From Candidatus Omnitrophota bacterium (GTDB taxonomy: Bacteria; Omnitrophota; Omnitrophia; Omnitrophales; Aquincolibacteriaceae), in the NCBI GenBank assembly GCA_030698625.1, contig JAUYMS010000048.1, forward strand, positions 218,404 to 282,403: a stretch of 64,000 bases of DNA, in the 5' to 3' direction. Under the pieces are notes generated by a model, which was not told where the DNA came from, ran no database searches, and worked only from the letters and a program-made list of their open reading frames with translations. Positions 61,139-64,000 of the stretch are shown here, piece by piece; the first letter of the stretch is position 1; the number at the start of each line of letters is the position of its first letter. The position numbers were made by a program, and so were the translations under genes.

Positions 61139-62308
61139 ATGGGAGAACCAGTCACGATGGATTTAACGCCGGAACAACTACAACGCTACAGCCGCCATTT
61201 TATCCTTCCTGAAATCGGTCTCGAAGGGCAAAAGAAGCTGCTCGCGGCGAAGGTCCTTCTGATCGGAACAGGCGGTCTGGGGTCGCCACTCGGCCTTTAT
61301 CTGGCAGCGGCAGGTGTGGGAACATTGGGCCTTGTGGATTTCGATACCGTCGATCTGTCGAATCTTCAGCGCCAAATTTTGCATACCAACGACTCGATCG
61401 GGATGTCCAAATTGGATTCGGCGGAGAAGAGAATCAATGCCATGAATCCCGATACCCGTATTATTAAGCATGAGGTGAGATTGGATTCAAGTAATGCTCT
61501 GGGCATCATGAAAGACTACGACGTGATCGTGGACGGGACCGATAATTTTCCTACGCGTTATCTGACAAGTGATGCTTGTGTGTTACTAGGCAAGCCGAAT
61601 GTATACGGATCGATCTTCCGTTTCGACGGCCTGGCAACGGTTTTTAAGCCTGACGAGGGGCCTTGTTACCGCTGCCTCTATCCGGAACCTCCTCCTCCGG
61701 GCATGGTGCCCAGTTGCGCCGAAGGTGGAGTTCTCGGAATTCTTCCCGGTGTGATCGGTTTGATCCAGGCGACGGAAGTCGTGAAGCTCATCGTCGGTAT
61801 CGGCCGGACCTTGGTCGGCAGGTTGATGGTTTATGATGCCCTGCAAATGACGTTTCGCGAGTTGAAGTTGCAAAAGGATCCGAGCTGCCCGTCTTGCGGT
61901 ACGAACCCCACCGTGACAGAACTCATCGATTACGAACAGTTCTGCGGTTTGGGCCGAGGTGCGGCGCCTGAGCAAGAAGGCGTCGTCGTTGACATCAGTG
62001 TCGAGGCTCTCAAACAGAAGTTAGACAGCAAGGACGATTTCTTTTTCCTGGATGTCCGCGAGTCGTTTGAGTATGAGATCGCCAAGATCGAGGGGACGAA
62101 GCTCATCCCTCTCGGTGAAATTGAGCAGCGGTTGCAGGAGCTCGAGCCGTTCAAGGATAAAGAAATCGTAGCCCACTGTCATCATGGCGGTAGAAGCCGG
62201 AGGGCACTCGAAATCCTTGAGGCGAAGGGCTTCAGGAAGCTTAAGAATGTTGCCGGCGGTATTGATGAATGGTCGATTAACATCGACTCATCGGTACCTC
62301 GCTACTAA
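61139..62308 (+). CDS. MoeZ/MoeB-type E1-like adenylyltransferase fused to a C-terminal rhodanese domain
   Basis: Contains RYSRH..L.E.G..GQ, GTGGLGSP and two CxxC pairs. The rhodanese domain is recognised by its active-site loop, CHHGGRS. Confidence 0.85.
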   Translation: MGEPVTMDLTPEQLQRYSRHFILPEIGLEGQKKLLAAKVLLIGTGGLGSPLGLYLAAAGVGTLGLVDFDTVDLSNLQRQILHTNDSIGMSKLDSAEKRINAMNPDTRIIKHEVRLDSSNALGIMKDYDVIVDGTDNFPTRYLTSDACVLLGKPNVYGSIFRFDGLATVFKPDEGPCYRCLYPEPPPPGMVPSCAEGGVLGILPGVIGLIQATEVVKLIVGIGRTLVGRLMVYDALQMTFRELKLQKDPSCPSCGTNPTVTELIDYEQFCGLGRGAAPEQEGVVVDISVEALKQKLDSKDDFFFLDVRESFEYEIAKIEGTKLIPLGEIEQRLQELEPFKDKEIVAHCHHGGRSRRALEILEAKGFRKLKNVAGGIDEWSINIDSSVPRY

Positions 62309-62342
62309 TTTGACTTTCCACCTTCCGTTTCGAATCTAACTC

Positions 62343-63455
62343 ATGTCATCTCTCTGGATTCAACTACGACGTGACTTCGCAAATGTCGGACGCTCAGTTT
62401 ATCTTGATCATGCCGCCGGGGGTCCTGTGCCTCGTCCCGTGCTGGCCGAACTCGAACGCTACCAGCGCGAGCTCGCCCGGGAGGCTGACTTTGCCTGGCC
62501 GCGCTGGATTCGCCGAAGGGAAGAGGTGCGCCGGGACGTTGCTCGATTTATAGGCGCGAGCCCCGAAGAGGTAACCTTCACGCACAGTACTTCTGAGGGT
62601 ATGAACTATATCGCGGAGCTCCTAGTCAATCAGGGGCGAGTGCTTACCAATGCAGACGAATTTCCTTCCAGCACCCTTCCGTGGATTTGGCGAAAAGCCA
62701 AAATGACTTATCAGAAAAGCGAAGACAATGTCATCAGTCTTAGAAAGCTCAGCTCCCTCATCGCGCCCTCGACTAAGACGATTGTGTCCAGCTTCGTGCA
62801 ATATGCGACCGGGTTCCGTCAGGACATGGTCAAACTGGGAAAAGTGAAGCGCGGACGTTTTTTGGTGGTGAACGCGACGCAGGGTTGCGGAGCCTTCCCG
62901 ATCAACGTCAAAAAATGGAATGCGGATTTTCTCTGTACGAACAGCTACAAATGGATGCTCGCCGGGTACGGCGGGGGCATTCTGTATATTCGGAAAAAAT
63001 GGCTGGCGCGTTTCCGCCCGTCTTTTATTAGCTGGCGAAGCATGAAAGAACCCGACCGCATGGATAACCGCCGTATTGATATGCTAAAAACGGCAGCGCG
63101 CTATGAATGGGGTTGCCCGAGTTTTGCGTCCATCTTTGCGGTGGGAGCCGCCGTGCGGTATTTCAGCTCCATCGGGATTGAAAAAATCGAAAAGCGTATT
63201 TTGGCCCTGACCGATTTTGCTATCGAAGAACTGGAGCGGAGCAGTTTTGAAGTTACCTCACCCCGGGCGCCCGAACACCGGTCCGGTATCGTCGTCTTTA
63301 AGGTGAAAGAAGCCGGCCGCTTATTCAAGCGGTTGCTCGGCGACAAGATCTATGTGTCGCCGCGCGGAGAGGGGATGCGTATCGCTCCGCACTTCTATAA
63401 CACTTTCGAAGAAATTGAGATCTTAATCAAGAGCTTGAAGAAATACCGGAAGTGA
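62343..63455 (+). CDS. class-V aminotransferase/cysteine desulfurase-family PLP enzyme
   Basis: A 370-aa protein with a fold-type I layout and a PLP lysine in the context TNSYKWMLAGYGGG. It lies directly after the E1-rhodanese gene. Confidence 0.7.
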   Translation: MSSLWIQLRRDFANVGRSVYLDHAAGGPVPRPVLAELERYQRELAREADFAWPRWIRRREEVRRDVARFIGASPEEVTFTHSTSEGMNYIAELLVNQGRVLTNADEFPSSTLPWIWRKAKMTYQKSEDNVISLRKLSSLIAPSTKTIVSSFVQYATGFRQDMVKLGKVKRGRFLVVNATQGCGAFPINVKKWNADFLCTNSYKWMLAGYGGGILYIRKKWLARFRPSFISWRSMKEPDRMDNRRIDMLKTAARYEWGCPSFASIFAVGAAVRYFSSIGIEKIEKRILALTDFAIEELERSSFEVTSPRAPEHRSGIVVFKVKEAGRLFKRLLGDKIYVSPRGEGMRIAPHFYNTFEEIEILIKSLKKYRK

Positions 63456-63551
63456 TCTCACGAGTCGCGAGAGAATAGCCGATAGGATACTAATGCAAAG
63501 ACACCGCCTGCCATCTAAGATTTCGAAGCGTCCAACCGAGGCCTGCCGTCT

Positions 63552-64000
63552 ATGAAATCCGGATTTGTAGCCATTGTCGGGCGTCCTAATGTAGGGAAAT
63601 CAACTCTCCTCAACCAACTCGTTGGCGAGAAACTGGCGGGTGTTTCCAATAAACCTCAGACCACACGTAACTGCATTCGCGGTATTGTGACTCGCCCTCA
63701 AGGACAAATTGTCTTTCTCGACACGCCCGGTATGCATACTCCACGCGATCGTCTGGGGAGATGGATGGTCAAAGAGGCGCAAACAAGCTTGGACGGGGCC
63801 GACGTCGTTTACTGGATGGTTCTGCCCGGCGAGATTAACTCGCATGATGGAAAGATCCTTAAACTCGTGCGCGAGTTGAAGAAGCCTATATACCTGGTCA
63901 TTAATCAAGTGGATCGCTATCCGAAGCCGCACATTTTGCCGGTGCTTGAATATTATCACAAAGCCTTTCAGTTTCAGGAGATGATACCGGTATCGGCATT
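63552..64000 (+). CDS. era: GTPase Era, 3'-truncated by the window edge
   Basis: MKSGFVAIVGRPNVGKSTLLN (G1), DTPG (G3) and NQVD (G4). The ORF is open to the end of the window and is absent from the ORF track for that reason. Confidence 0.85.
   Translation, partial: MKSGFVAIVGRPNVGKSTLLNQLVGEKLAGVSNKPQTTRNCIRGIVTRPQGQIVFLDTPGMHTPRDRLGRWMVKEAQTSLDGADVVYWMVLPGEINSHDGKILKLVRELKKPIYLVINQVDRYPKPHILPVLEYYHKAFQFQEMIPVSA

Overview
The window is a compact bacterial chromosomal segment that reads as core genome and is mostly transcribed on the + strand. I found no rRNA, tRNA, CRISPR array, transposase or integrase.

Gene content, in order:
- The 3' end of metK, overlapping ahcY, followed by a bidirectional hairpin terminator.
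- A minus-strand 11-gene complex I operon in the order nuoA-B-C-D-I-H-J-K-L-M-N, with no nuoE/F/G.
- A FIST-domain gene immediately upstream of nuoA.
- An rsmB/F-like methyltransferase and a NUDIX hydrolase.
- A histidine kinase with a single-domain response regulator.
- Archease and rtcB.
- pstS-C-A-B-B-phoU, with pstB duplicated.
- trkA and trkH.
- thiC, with a possible TPP riboswitch upstream.
- nadA, ispG and a futalosine-type radical SAM enzyme, followed by a conserved hypothetical gene and an E1-like (ThiF/MoeB) gene.
- greA, two membrane proteins, polX, nth and queG.
- A large locus at roughly 39.2-58.6 kb:
  - An AT-rich regulatory region carrying a perfect palindrome.
  - A small excisionase-family HTH gene.
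  - Two paralogous PAS histidine kinases, each ending in a degenerate GGDEF-like module; the first also carries a PilZ domain.
  - Single-domain receiver proteins.
  - A complete T2SS / type IV pilus-like apparatus: GspE/PilB, GspF/PilC, a major pilin, GspH/I/J-like pseudopilins, a large PilX/GspK-like protein, a PilM-PilN fusion (GspL-like), PilO, PilP and a secretin.
  - A small MerR regulator and a ParA/MinD ATPase embedded inside the apparatus.
  - Two tandem receiver genes on the opposite strand closing the locus.
- trxA, a LacD-family aldolase, an aldo-keto reductase, a MoeZ-type E1-rhodanese, a class-V aminotransferase/cysteine desulfurase, and the 5' end of era.

The most interesting candidate system is the c-di-GMP-linked two-component module wired to an atypical T2SS/T4P-like machine that contains MerR, ParA and several PilH-like receivers.

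The ORF track reports GTG/TTG starts as M. Several starts were re-placed on ATG codons preceded by a ribosome-binding site.
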